DNA of 64,000 bases from Candidatus Latescibacterota bacterium. Its GTDB lineage: Bacteria > Latescibacterota > UBA2968 > UBA8231. Each line of letters opens with the position of its first letter. Positions within the stretch are counted from its first letter, which is position 1. The stretch is from positions 1,344,001-1,408,000 of the forward strand of contig CBDCXV010000010.1 in assembly GCA_965223905.1 (NCBI GenBank). The letters are read 5' to 3'. The notes beneath the pieces were generated by a model. The model was not told the DNA's origin. It searched no databases and was given only the letters and a program-made list of their open reading frames with translations. Positions 48,386 to 58,179 of the stretch are shown here, one piece after another. A program made the translations under genes and the position numbers.

Positions 48386-49378
48386 ATGCGCCTACTCATC
48401 CTGATTCTCGCCACGGCCCAGCTAGCTGCGGCCGACGTACCCGACTGGCGGCGACCTGTGGCAACTTATTCCATCGTCGCCCGCGACTCCCTGAGCGGAC
48501 AGCTCGGCGTGGCCGTCCAGTCCCACTTTTTTTCCGTTGGCCCCATCGTTTCGTGGGCCCGTCCCGGCGTCGGCGCTGTGGCTACCCAGTCCCTCGTTGA
48601 CCCAGCCTATGGTCCGCTCGGCCTCGAACTGATGGCCATGGGCAAGACGGCTCAGGAGTCGCTCACCGCTCTGCTCGCGGGAGATGCCGACGCTGCGGTG
48701 CGGCAAGTGGCCATGGTCGATGCCGAGGGGAACGTGGCCGTTCACACGGGTGAGCGCGCCATTGCCGCCGCCGGCCACCAGGCCGGTGCCCAGTACAGCG
48801 TTCAGGCGAACCTGATGGACCAAGGCAGCGTGTGGCCGGCCATGGCGAACGCCTACGAAAATGCCGAGGGCGATCTGGCCGAGCGGCTGCTCGTGGCCCT
48901 GGAAGCCGCCGAGGCCGAGGGAGGCGACCTGCGCGGCCGGCAGTCGGCGGCTATCCTCGTGGTCTCAGCCGAGGATACGGGCCGGCCGTGGGTTGACCGC
49001 GTGTTCGACCTGCGCGTGGAAGATCATCCCGAGCCAGTGGAAGAACTGCGCCGCCTGGTGCGTCTGGCGCGCGCCTACCACAAGCTCAACGAGGGCGACG
49101 AACTGGTGACCGCAGGGGACATGGAGGCAGCCATGGATGCCTACCGCGCCGCGACCGAACTGGTGCCCGATGAGGCAACGGGGGGCGAGGCTCCGTTCTG
49201 GGTGGGTGTGACCCTGGCTTCCGAGGGACGCGAGAAGGAAGCTGTGCCCTACCTGCAACGGGCGCAGGTACAGAACGACCGCTGGGCCGAACTACTGCGG
49301 CGTTTGCCGGCCTCTGGTCTGATGCCAGCCGACGATGAGCTCATAGACCGTCTTGCTGCGGCTATGATCGGGGAGTGA
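48386..49378 (+). CDS. DUF1028 (Ntn-hydrolase-like) exported protein with TPR-like tail
   Basis: TYSIVARD..GVAVQS..GAVATQS..GGDLRGRQSAA..DLRVEDH. Confidence 0.9.
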   Translation: MRLLILILATAQLAAADVPDWRRPVATYSIVARDSLSGQLGVAVQSHFFSVGPIVSWARPGVGAVATQSLVDPAYGPLGLELMAMGKTAQESLTALLAGDADAAVRQVAMVDAEGNVAVHTGERAIAAAGHQAGAQYSVQANLMDQGSVWPAMANAYENAEGDLAERLLVALEAAEAEGGDLRGRQSAAILVVSAEDTGRPWVDRVFDLRVEDHPEPVEELRRLVRLARAYHKLNEGDELVTAGDMEAAMDAYRAATELVPDEATGGEAPFWVGVTLASEGREKEAVPYLQRAQVQNDRWAELLRRLPASGLMPADDELIDRLAAAMIGE

Positions 49379-49490
49379 CGATTCTGGATGGCGAAATGGC
49401 GGATGCATTTCTCGATCCGCAACCGCTAGGGGAGGTCGCCCCCTGGACATGGCCGCGAGGGCTGTCGCTACCTGACCGGAAAGATCGGTA

Positions 49491-49542
49491 TATAGCACAT
49501 GCTATAATACATTTGACAAATCAAACCACCATGGAGTACAAT
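49491..49542 (+). promoter_or_regulatory. Promoter(s) and palindromic operator of the defence operon
   Basis: TATAGCA-CA-TGCTATA (49491-49506) overlaps an extended -10 TGCTATAAT; TTGACA (49513)-18 bp-TACAAT (49537). Confidence 0.65.
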
Positions 49543-49582
49543 CTGGCGTAACCGAATCTACCGCAGAAGGATAGAAGGCAGA

Positions 49583-52500
49583 ATGTCACCCCCTCTAACG
49601 GACGGACCCCCCGGAGATTACCCCCGCAGGATCAAGAACATCCGGGGGCTCCGGGGTCTGACCCAGACGCAGTTCGCGGAGCTCGTCGGCGTCTCCTTTG
49701 CCTCCGTCAACCGCTGGGAAAATGGACAGTCCCGCCCCAACAGCCTGGCTTGGCGGCGCGTGGTCGAATTGGAGAACCTGCCGGCAGAAGGGGCGGATCA
49801 GCCCTCGGCCGATGAAGGTCCAACCGGGCCCCCGAGCATGGACTTCTCCGCCGATCCGGAGGCGGTCTCGGCCGTCGCCGAGGCGCACCGCCTCGCCAGC
49901 GGCCATCTCTTCAATCCCGCCTTCGCCACCGAGACATCGCTGATCGACCCGCTCCCGCATCAGCGCATAGCCGTGTACCAGCGGATGCTCCAGCAGTCCC
50001 CGCTGCGATTCCTGCTGGCCGACGACGCCGGCGCCGGCAAGACGATCATGACCGGTCTGTACGTGCGCGAGATGCTGTCCCGCCGGCTCCTGCGGCGCGT
50101 GCTCGTCGTGCCCCCGGCCGGCCTGGTCGGCAACTGGGAGCGGGAGATGCGCACCCTCTTCCGCCTGCCCTTCCGTATCGTCGGCGGCACCGAGGCGCGC
50201 GCCGGCAACCCCTTCCTCGGCCCGGAGAGCGACCTCGTCATCGTCAGCGTCGACACCCTGGCCGGGGAGCGCATGTTCGGCCACCTCAAGGACCCGCAGA
50301 CCGACCCCTACGACCTCGTCGTCTTCGACGAGGCTCACAAGCTGTCGGCGGACCGTCAGCCGGACTTCCGGGTGCGCAAGACGGGCCGCTACAGGCTGGC
50401 CGAGGCCCTGGCCGGCGCCGAGTCCGACGACAAGGATCGGTGGGAGCTCCCTTGGTCCGCGCAGCACCTGCTGCTGCTGACGGCCACTCCGCACATGGGC
50501 AAGGACCACCCCTACTACTACCTGTGGCGCCTGCTGCTGCCGGACGCCCTCTCCACCTGTGACGCCTTCGAGGAGTTCCCCCCCGACTCCCGGCTGCGGC
50601 ACTTCGTCCGCCGCACCAAGGAGGAGATGGTCCACTTCGACCACCGGCCGCTCTACCCGCAGCGCAACTGCGACACCCTGAGCTACGAGCTGTCGCAGGG
50701 GCCGGGCGGCGAGCAGGAGCTGTACGACGAGACCACCGAGTACATGCGCTATCACTACAACTGGGCCAAGGCGCTCAACCGTTCCGCCGCCCGCCTGGCC
50801 ATGAGCGTCTTTCAGCGCCGCCTGGCCAGCTCCACCTATGCCCTCCTGCGCTCCTTCGAGCGCCGCATCGAGAAGCTGGAGAACCTCATCGACGACATCC
50901 GCAGCGGGCGCCTCAGCGAAGAGCAGTTGGCGAGGCGGCAACAACGCCTCGGCCGGCTCGACGACCTCTTCGAGACGAGCACCGCCGACGAGGAGGCGGC
51001 CAGTGAGGATGGGGAGCAGCACGAGGAGTTCGAGAGCCAGGCCCTCGAGGGCACGGTGGCGGTCACCCTCGCGGAGCTGGAGGCGGAGCGTGCAAAGGTC
51101 GCCGGGTTGCTCGAGAAGGCGCAGAAGCTCTTTGACGCCGGCGAGGAGTCCAAGTTCGAGAAACTGCGGGAAGTGCTCGGGGCGCAGCAGTACCGCGACG
51201 AGAAGCTCATCATCTTCACCGAGCACCGGGATACAGCGGCATTCCTGGTGCGCCGCCTCGAAGGTCTCGGCTACACCGGCCGCGTCGCCCTGATCCACGG
51301 CGGACTGGCCTACCCGGAGCGCGAGCGCCAGGTCGAGCTGTTCCGCCGGCCGGCCGACCAGGGCGGGGCCACCTACCTGGTAGCCACCGACGCCGCCGGG
51401 GAAGGGATCAACCTGCAGTTCTGCTGGCTCATGGTGAACTACGACATCCCATGGAATCCGGCCCGCCTCGAGCAGCGCATGGGGCGCATCCACCGCTACG
51501 GCCAGAAGCACGATCCCGTGGTCATCGTCAACCTCGTCTCCGCCGGCACGCGCGAGGGACGGGTGCTCAAGACGCTGCTCGACAAGCTGGAAGCGATCCG
51601 CCAACAGCTCAGCTCGGACAAGGTCTTCGACGTGGTGGGCCGTCTCTTCGAGGGGCTGTCCGTCCGGGACTACCTGGAGCAGGCGGTGACCGGTGAGGAC
51701 GGCGGCCAGGCCGCAGCCAGTCAGATGGAAGGCCACCTCACGGAAGAGCAGGTCCTGGCCCTGGCGGCAAGAGAGCGCTCCCTCTACGGGGACGGCGGCG
51801 AGGTGCGCAACCGGCTGGACGATCTCAACGAGGAGATGGAGCAGGAGAACTACCGCCGGCTGCTGCCCGGGTACGTGCGCCGTTTCGTCGAGAGATCGGC
51901 GCCGCTCCTCGACCTGCGCCTCGAAGGGGATCCGGGCGGCGCCTTCAACCTGATGCCGGACCGGCCCCGCGCGGCCGACCCTCTGTTGCCCGCCCTCGAA
52001 GCCTATCCGGAGGAGGCGAGGAAGCGGCTGACCGTGTACAAACCCGAGAGCCGCGAAGAGGCGATCTGGCTGCACCCCGGGGAGCCGGTCTTCGACAGCC
52101 TCTCGGCCGCGGTGCGGGAACGTCTCGGAGCCGAAGGGCTGCGCGGAGCATTGTTCAGCGACCCCTATGCGACTGAGGCTTACCTGTTTCACATCGCGCG
52201 GGTCAGTGTCCAGCAGCAACCTCCCTTGGACGCCCGCGGCCAGGCTGACGGGGAACCGCAATTGGTCGAGTCGCGCCTCGTCGGGCTTCGCCAGACCAGC
52301 GATGGCTCAGTGAAGGAGTGCCCCGTCGAGCACCTGCTTCTGCTGCGCGGAGCCGGCGGCATCGCCCCCGGCGGGGTACCCCTGGCCACCCTGGCGCGGG
52401 GCATCGCCGGAGAGGCCGCATATTTCCTTGAGGAAGAAGTGAGCGAGCAGATGGTGCAGGCGCACCGGCAACGCCGCCTGGACGATCTGCCCGGGCGCCT

Positions 52501-53182
52501 GGAGTTCGTCAACCGCGGCTTCGACTACCAGGCCGCGGAGCTGGCCGCGGCCCGGTCCAGTCTCAGGGAGAAGGCCGCCTCCGGGGACCGCCAGGCGGCC
52601 GAGGAGTTGGCCAGGGTCAGAGAGCGGCAGCGAAGCCTCAACGCACTGCGTGCCCACCGGCTCGCCGAGCTGCGGTCGGAGCCGGACCTCATCCGGGCGG
52701 GGGAGGCCGAGTTCCTGGTGCATGCCCTGGTGGTGCCGGCCCAGGACGCGGGGGAGGCGGAGCGCTACGACGCCGATGTCGAGGCCATCGCCATGGAGGT
52801 AGCCGCCGCCTATGAGGAGGAACGGGGCGCCCAGGTGCAGGATGTCTGCAAGCCGGCGATGGCGAGGAGGGCCGGACTGCCTGACTGGCCGGGCTTCGAC
52901 CTTCTGTCCCGCCGCGAGGGAATGGAACCGCGAGCCATAGAAGTCAAGGGACGGGCCGACACCGGCGGCGTGGAGTTGAGGGAGAACGAATGGGCCAAGG
53001 CCTGCAACCTGAGAGAGAGGTACTGGCTCTACGTCGTCTTCGACTGCGCCACGCCGCGACCCCGACTGGTGCGGGTGAGGGACCCCTTCGCCAAGCTGCT
53101 GATGAAGGAACGAGAGTCCCTTACCTTCACCATCACAGTGGGAGCCGTCATGCAGGCGGCGGAGGAGGGCCCAGGGTCATGA
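49583..53182 (+). CDS. XRE-HTH / SNF2 helicase / DUF3883 nuclease fusion (DrmD-like)
   Basis: LTQTQFAELVGVSFASVNRWENG; LLADDAGAGKT; DEAH; TATP; QRMGRIHRYGQ; GFDL..IEVKGR..NEW. Confidence 0.92.
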   Translation: MSPPLTDGPPGDYPRRIKNIRGLRGLTQTQFAELVGVSFASVNRWENGQSRPNSLAWRRVVELENLPAEGADQPSADEGPTGPPSMDFSADPEAVSAVAEAHRLASGHLFNPAFATETSLIDPLPHQRIAVYQRMLQQSPLRFLLADDAGAGKTIMTGLYVREMLSRRLLRRVLVVPPAGLVGNWEREMRTLFRLPFRIVGGTEARAGNPFLGPESDLVIVSVDTLAGERMFGHLKDPQTDPYDLVVFDEAHKLSADRQPDFRVRKTGRYRLAEALAGAESDDKDRWELPWSAQHLLLLTATPHMGKDHPYYYLWRLLLPDALSTCDAFEEFPPDSRLRHFVRRTKEEMVHFDHRPLYPQRNCDTLSYELSQGPGGEQELYDETTEYMRYHYNWAKALNRSAARLAMSVFQRRLASSTYALLRSFERRIEKLENLIDDIRSGRLSEEQLARRQQRLGRLDDLFETSTADEEAASEDGEQHEEFESQALEGTVAVTLAELEAERAKVAGLLEKAQKLFDAGEESKFEKLREVLGAQQYRDEKLIIFTEHRDTAAFLVRRLEGLGYTGRVALIHGGLAYPERERQVELFRRPADQGGATYLVATDAAGEGINLQFCWLMVNYDIPWNPARLEQRMGRIHRYGQKHDPVVIVNLVSAGTREGRVLKTLLDKLEAIRQQLSSDKVFDVVGRLFEGLSVRDYLEQAVTGEDGGQAAASQMEGHLTEEQVLALAARERSLYGDGGEVRNRLDDLNEEMEQENYRRLLPGYVRRFVERSAPLLDLRLEGDPGGAFNLMPDRPRAADPLLPALEAYPEEARKRLTVYKPESREEAIWLHPGEPVFDSLSAAVRERLGAEGLRGALFSDPYATEAYLFHIARVSVQQQPPLDARGQADGEPQLVESRLVGLRQTSDGSVKECPVEHLLLLRGAGGIAPGGVPLATLARGIAGEAAYFLEEEVSEQMVQAHRQRRLDDLPGRLEFVNRGFDYQAAELAAARSSLREKAASGDRQAAEELARVRERQRSLNALRAHRLAELRSEPDLIRAGEAEFLVHALVVPAQDAGEAERYDADVEAIAMEVAAAYEEERGAQVQDVCKPAMARRAGLPDWPGFDLLSRREGMEPRAIEVKGRADTGGVELRENEWAKACNLRERYWLYVVFDCATPRPRLVRVRDPFAKLLMKERESLTFTITVGAVMQAAEEGPGS

Positions 53183-54786
53183 CGACGACAGCCATGCGTT
53201 TCTTCAACACGGCGGGACCGATCGTGGCGGCGGATCACTACCACGTGCCGCCGCTGGAGCGGCTGGACCGCGACGAGGTGCTGATGCTGATCCGTCAGCA
53301 GAAGTACTTCGTGCTGCACGCGCCCCGGCAGACGGGCAAGACCTCGGCCCTGCTGGCGCTGAGAGATTTGCTCAACAGCGGCGGCGCCGGCGAGTACCGT
53401 TGCGTCTACGTCAACGTCGAGGCGGGCCAGGCGGCGCGCGAAGATGTCGCAACGGCGATGCGGACGATCCTCAGCGCGCTCGCCCGTGCGGCGCGTCAGA
53501 CCCTCGATGACCAGTTCGTCGCTGACGCCTGGACAGGCATCTTCGAGGGCTCGGGCCCGAACGATGCCCTTGGCGAAACCCTCGCCCGCTGGGCCGAGTC
53601 GGACCCGAGGCCGCTGGTGCTGCTGATCGACGAGATCGACGCGCTGATCGGCGACAGCCTGCTGGCGGTGCTGCGGCAGTTGCGCGCCGGGTACCCGGAT
53701 CGTCCGCGGCGGTTTCCGCAGAACGTGGTCCTGTGCGGGGTTCGGGACGTGCGCGACTACCGCATCCGGTCGTCGTCGGAGAAGGCCATCATCGCCGGGG
53801 GCAGCGCCTTCAATATCCGCGCCGAGTCGTTGCGCCTGGGAGATTTCTCTCGCGGCGACGTGGAGTCCTTGCTCGCCCAGCACACCACCGAGACCGGCAA
53901 GGCCTTCACCGGGGAGGCGCTGGCCACGATCTGGGAGCTGACCCAAGGGCAGCCGTGGCTGGTCAACGCCCTGGCCTACGAAGTCTGCTTCAAGAACAAG
54001 GCCGGGCGCGACCGAAGCCGGGAGGTGACCGCCGAGGCCATCCAGGATGCGCGCGAGCAACTGATCCTGCGGCGGGAGACGCATCTGGACCAGCTCACCG
54101 ACAAGCTCCAGGAGGAGCGGGTGCAGCGGGTGATCGAGCCGCTGCTGAGAGGCGCCGATGACGCCGGCTCCTTTGCCGCCGACGATCTTCAGTACGTGCG
54201 CGACCTCGGCCTGGTGGCCCGGGACAACCCAATCCGCATCGCCAACCCGATCTACCGCGAGGTGGTCCCCCGCGATCTGACCTTCACGACCCAGGCGGGC
54301 TTTCCCCACGACCCGGTCTGGTACGTGGGGGAGGGCGGGGCCTTGGAGGTGGGGCTGCTGCTGGCCGCCTTCCAGGAGTTCTTCCGCGAGCACTCCGAGC
54401 ACTGGGTAGAGCGTTTCCAGTACAAGGAGGCGGGCCCTCAGTTGCTGCTGCAGGCGTTTCTGCAGCGCATCCTCAACAGCGGCGGCCGCATCGAGCGGGA
54501 GTACGGCCTGGGGCGCCTGCGCACGGATCTGCTGCTGGTGTGGCCGCTGCCGGGGTGATGCGGGCGGGATGCAGAAGGTGGTCATCGAGTGCAAGCTGCT
54601 GCACCGGGGCCTGGAGCGGACCCTTGGCGAAGGGCTGGAGCAGACGCGGGCCTACATGGATCTCTGCGGGTCGTCCGAAGGGCACTTGGTGATCTTCGAC
54701 CGCACCGGGGCAAGTCTTGGGAGGAGAAGGTCTATCGGCGCGATGAGACCGAAGGTGGGTCCCCGGTCACCGTGTGGGGGATGTGA
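53179..54786 (+). pseudogene. AAA-like ATPase with PD-(D/E)XK-like tail, two frameshifts
   Basis: FFNTAGP, APRQTGKT, IDEID, EREYGLG..RTDL; VIECK and VTVWGM continue in other frames after G runs near 54552 and 54707. Confidence 0.8.
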
Positions 54787-54920
54787 GGGAGAGAACAAAG
54801 AGGGGGGTCAGGCCCTCGGGGAAGGAACGAGACTGACTTCCAGTGTCTGCACGCATCCGTCGCCGGCCGCTCGGCTCAAGAGTCTGCGGCGGAGATCGGG
54901 ATCTGAAAAAGGGGAACGGC

Positions 54921-55193
54921 ATGGAACGAAAGCCGCGCCACAGCAAAGAGGAGTTCGCCCGGCGTGGTCAGGCGATCTACGAGCAACGAGTGAGGCCGCA
55001 GGTGGAAGAAGGCAACAGCGGACGGGTCGTGGCGATTGACATTGAGACCGGCGAGTTCGAGGTGGGGGACGATCCCCTTGCCGCCTCCGACAAACTGTTC
55101 TCACGCTGTCCAGATGCACAGCCGTGGTTGATCCGCATCGGCCACCGTGCGCTACACCGGCTCGGCGCATCACATGCCAGTGGCCTGACATGA
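54921..55193 (+). CDS. Small hypothetical protein (DUF5678-like)
   Basis: EEFARRGQAIYE..GRVVAIDIETGEFE..RIG. Confidence 0.75.
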   Translation: MERKPRHSKEEFARRGQAIYEQRVRPQVEEGNSGRVVAIDIETGEFEVGDDPLAASDKLFSRCPDAQPWLIRIGHRALHRLGASHASGLT

Positions 55194-55561
55194 TTGAGGG
55201 TGCAGTAAACGAGAATCTGGAGGCAACCATCCGCCTTACCCTTCTTGGCGCCGATAGGGAGGGACGGGAAGTCGAGGCCATCATCGATACCGGCTTCACT
55301 GGCTATCTCACCCTTCCAACAGCCTTGATCCGCAGGCTGGATCTGTCCTGGAAAGGTCGTGGTCAGGCACTAATCGCCGACGGCAGTCTACATGTATTCG
55401 ACGAGTACATTGGGACAGTGTTGTGGAACGGGCAGGACCGGCCGGTGGAAGTGGCTGCGGCCGATACTACTCCCCTCGTAGGAATGGGATTGCTCAAGAG
55501 GCACAGCCTGAGAGTGGAAGTGGTGGCGCGTGGCGAGGTGAGGATTGAGGCCTTGGCTTGA
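55190..55561 (+). CDS. Clan AA (retropepsin-like) aspartic protease
   Basis: AIIDTGFTGYL..LADG-like..PLVGMGLL; ATGA overlap with the upstream gene. Confidence 0.88.
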   Translation: MIEGAVNENLEATIRLTLLGADREGREVEAIIDTGFTGYLTLPTALIRRLDLSWKGRGQALIADGSLHVFDEYIGTVLWNGQDRPVEVAAADTTPLVGMGLLKRHSLRVEVVARGEVRIEALA

Positions 55562-55637
55562 ATCTGGGCGAAGCAACGGGGAAAGGGCTAAAGCCGCCTA
55601 TGCCTTGGGGAGAAATCGGAGATCGGAGGCTATGTAA

Positions 55638-55860
55638 ATGAGAACCCAGATTCGAGACCTTGTCGCAGACGCCCTATATCAAACTAGCGCCTATCAATTG
55701 CCATCGGTATGTGAACGCTTTGGACTAGAGCCCGGAGAATCCAGTCTCCAGCGCCTTTTTCCAGGCCTTGTCGACACGTCGCATATAGTTTCACCAAATC
55801 ATCGTTCTTTCCGTAAGCTTCCCCGGCACTTTCGATAATGTGCGCCGTCAACCTCGCCGG
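55638..55860. pseudogene. Scrambled remnant of an AbiJ/Abi_C-like gene
   Basis: Plus strand SAYQLPSVCERFGL; minus strand HIIESAGEAYGKNDDLVKLY. Confidence 0.4.
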
Positions 55861-55938
55861 CTCAATGGCCATGTTCCTGGTATCTACTTGGAATGCTCGC
55901 AATACGCAGCCCTCTTCGAAATCGATGGAGAGCTCACC

Positions 55939-57249
55939 ATGCTGAAACGAATCCATATCAAGAGGTACAAGTCTCTGCAGGATGTCGAGGTAGAACTGTG
56001 CCCACTCGTGGTCCTGTTCGGGCCAAATGCCGCAGGCAAGAGCAATCTGCTGGATGCTCTGCAACTGCTCTCCAAGCTGGGGACGAGCCGGACCCTGAAG
56101 GAAGCTTTTGATCCACCCTATCGCGGCAAGCCCCTCGAATCCTTTACCATCGGGAGCAAGGGAATCAAGGGCCTGCTCGAACAGGACCGGCTTTCTTTTT
56201 CGATCGAGGCCGACTTGAGCCTATCGGATGCGGTCGCCGAGGCTGTCAACCGACAGATACGAGAGATGCGCCGCCCACATGGGGAGGTCGGGTCAGAAGG
56301 GGAAGCCAAGGCTCCGGCTCGAGTCCGCGAACGCGACCTCCGCTACCGGATCGAAGTGGAAATGCTGCCCAGATCCGGCATTCTGCGGGTGGCGGATGAA
56401 TACCTGGCCGCCTTGAACCGCAACGGCGAACCCACGGGAAAGCGCAAGCCATTTCTTGAGCGGCAGGGGACGAGGATTCATCTCCGGCACGAGGGCCAGG
56501 CGCATCCGACCTATTTCGATCGGTACCTCGACCACAGCATCCTCTCCATGCCGCACTATCCGCCGCACCATCCGCATCTGGTGGCGGCTCGTCACGAGCT
56601 GGAGAGCTGGCTGTTCTTCTACTTCGAGCCGCGCGAACGGATGCGCGCCGCCAATCCGGTCAAGGAAGTTCGCCATATCGGCTTGATGAGCGAAGAACTG
56701 GCCGCGTTCCTCAATACCATGAAGGCCACCGATGCCCGGAGGTTCAGGGGAGTCGAGAAGGCTCTGCATACCCTGATGCCCAACATTGATGGAATCGAGG
56801 TTGAGGTCAGCGATGTCGGCGAGGTCGAGCTACGCCTCAAGGAGGGTGGTGTAGCCATACCGGCCCGCGTCCTCTCAGAAGGCACTCTCAGGATGCTTGG
56901 TCTCCTGGCGCTGTCAGGGGTGGACCAGGGTCCGGCCCTTGTCGGGTTCGAGGAACCGGAGAACGGAGTCCACCCCCGACGGATTGAGTTGATCGCGGAG
57001 TTATTGAGGACCCAGGAGAGCCTGAACCAGATCCAGCATATCATCACCACACACTCCCCGATCCTGCCTGATCTGCTGGAGGACGAGTCGCTGTTCGCCG
57101 TTCGCCGGCTGAATGGCCAGACTCACATAGATCCGTTTTCGACCTGGGGTCCGCTGAAGCGGAGAGAGGACATCCGACAGGCATTCTCCGACGAGGAGGA
57201 GCGTCTGCCGGTTTCGGCGCGCATAATGAGAGGCGACTTCGATGCGTGA
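55939..57249 (+). CDS. ABC-type AAA_21/AbiEii-like ATPase
   Basis: GPNAAGKSN, LSEGTLR, FEEPENGVHP, ITTHSP. Confidence 0.92.
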   Translation: MLKRIHIKRYKSLQDVEVELCPLVVLFGPNAAGKSNLLDALQLLSKLGTSRTLKEAFDPPYRGKPLESFTIGSKGIKGLLEQDRLSFSIEADLSLSDAVAEAVNRQIREMRRPHGEVGSEGEAKAPARVRERDLRYRIEVEMLPRSGILRVADEYLAALNRNGEPTGKRKPFLERQGTRIHLRHEGQAHPTYFDRYLDHSILSMPHYPPHHPHLVAARHELESWLFFYFEPRERMRAANPVKEVRHIGLMSEELAAFLNTMKATDARRFRGVEKALHTLMPNIDGIEVEVSDVGEVELRLKEGGVAIPARVLSEGTLRMLGLLALSGVDQGPALVGFEEPENGVHPRRIELIAELLRTQESLNQIQHIITTHSPILPDLLEDESLFAVRRLNGQTHIDPFSTWGPLKRREDIRQAFSDEEERLPVSARIMRGDFDA

Positions 57250-57300
57250 AGTCGCCCTCTTCGTCGAGGACTACGCGCTGCATCGGAAAGTCATCAGTGA
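57242..57300 (+). pseudogene. Stub of a TOPRIM-like partner gene
   Basis: MREVALFVED overlaps the ATPase stop, then loses coding character. Confidence 0.5.
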
Positions 57301-57358
57301 GGCAGGTCGTTCCTGCATGGCTCGGAATTCTAACCAATTTCTGATCGGAACCTGAGAT

Positions 57359-57979
57359 ATGAAGATTGCTCCCAATCTGGAATCGTGGACCCTATTCCTG
57401 GTCTTGGTAGTTCCCGGGCTCATCTCCATGCACGTATACCGGCTTCTCTTTGCTGCAAGAGAGATTGATTGGAAGGGCGGGCTTGTGCAGGCGCTCTTTT
57501 ACAGCAGCCTCAACCTTGCTGTCTGTTTGCCCCTGCTCGTGCCGATTCACCGAGATGGGTTTTTGGAGAAGTATCCATATTGGTATACGGCGGGTTTGAT
57601 GGCGGTCTTGCTTGTGCTACCGAGCCTCTGGCCGTTCTTGTTCAGGTATCTATTAGGCTGGAAGTGGTTGGCCTCAAAGATCCAGTTACCGTACCCGACT
57701 GCGTGGGACTACTTCTTTGACCGAAGGATACCTGTTTTTGTCCTGGTGCAACTTAGAAACGGCTCTAGGCTTGGTGGATTCTACGGTTCGCAGTCCTATG
57801 CGACATCCTTTCCAAGAGAGGGTGATATTTTTCTCGAAACTGTTTACCATGTGGACGAAAACGGGAAATTTGGGGAGCCCATTGAGGGCTCAGGTGGAGC
57901 AATAGTACGAAGAGATCAGTACGATCTGATTGAGTTCTTCAACCCGGAGGAGGAGCACGATGGCAAAGAAGGACCGTAG
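57359..57979 (+). CDS. DUF6338-like membrane protein
   Basis: VVPGLIS, three TM helices, PTAWDYFF, GGFYG..SYA, DIFLE. Confidence 0.8.
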   Translation: MKIAPNLESWTLFLVLVVPGLISMHVYRLLFAAREIDWKGGLVQALFYSSLNLAVCLPLLVPIHRDGFLEKYPYWYTAGLMAVLLVLPSLWPFLFRYLLGWKWLASKIQLPYPTAWDYFFDRRIPVFVLVQLRNGSRLGGFYGSQSYATSFPREGDIFLETVYHVDENGKFGEPIEGSGGAIVRRDQYDLIEFFNPEEEHDGKEGP

Positions 57980-58139
57980 TTCCGCGGACGCTGCACAGCG
58001 AGGTTATCGGCCGCTTGAAGAAGGGTACCAGCCCGGAAAGCGTGTCCCATCGCCTCAGAGCGGACAATCCCCTCAACAACAGCCTAGACCACCTAAAGGA
58101 GGCACTGGTCAATCGCCGCCGGCGAAGAAATCCAATTGA
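57960..58139 (+). CDS. Small Pro/Gln-rich peptide
   Basis: RBS GGAGGAG; RGYRP..GYQP..PPKGGTG; overlaps the DUF6338-like gene. Confidence 0.55.
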   Translation: MAKKDRSSADAAQRGYRPLEEGYQPGKRVPSPQSGQSPQQQPRPPKGGTGQSPPAKKSN

Positions 58140-58179
58140 GAAGCCTGAGGTCCATTTCAAGCGCATTTCGCTGACAACT

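Noticed and set aside
54556-54558. TGA in the AAA gene as selenocysteine or read-through
   Set aside because: The homologous continuation (VIECK) is in a different frame, so this is a frameshift.
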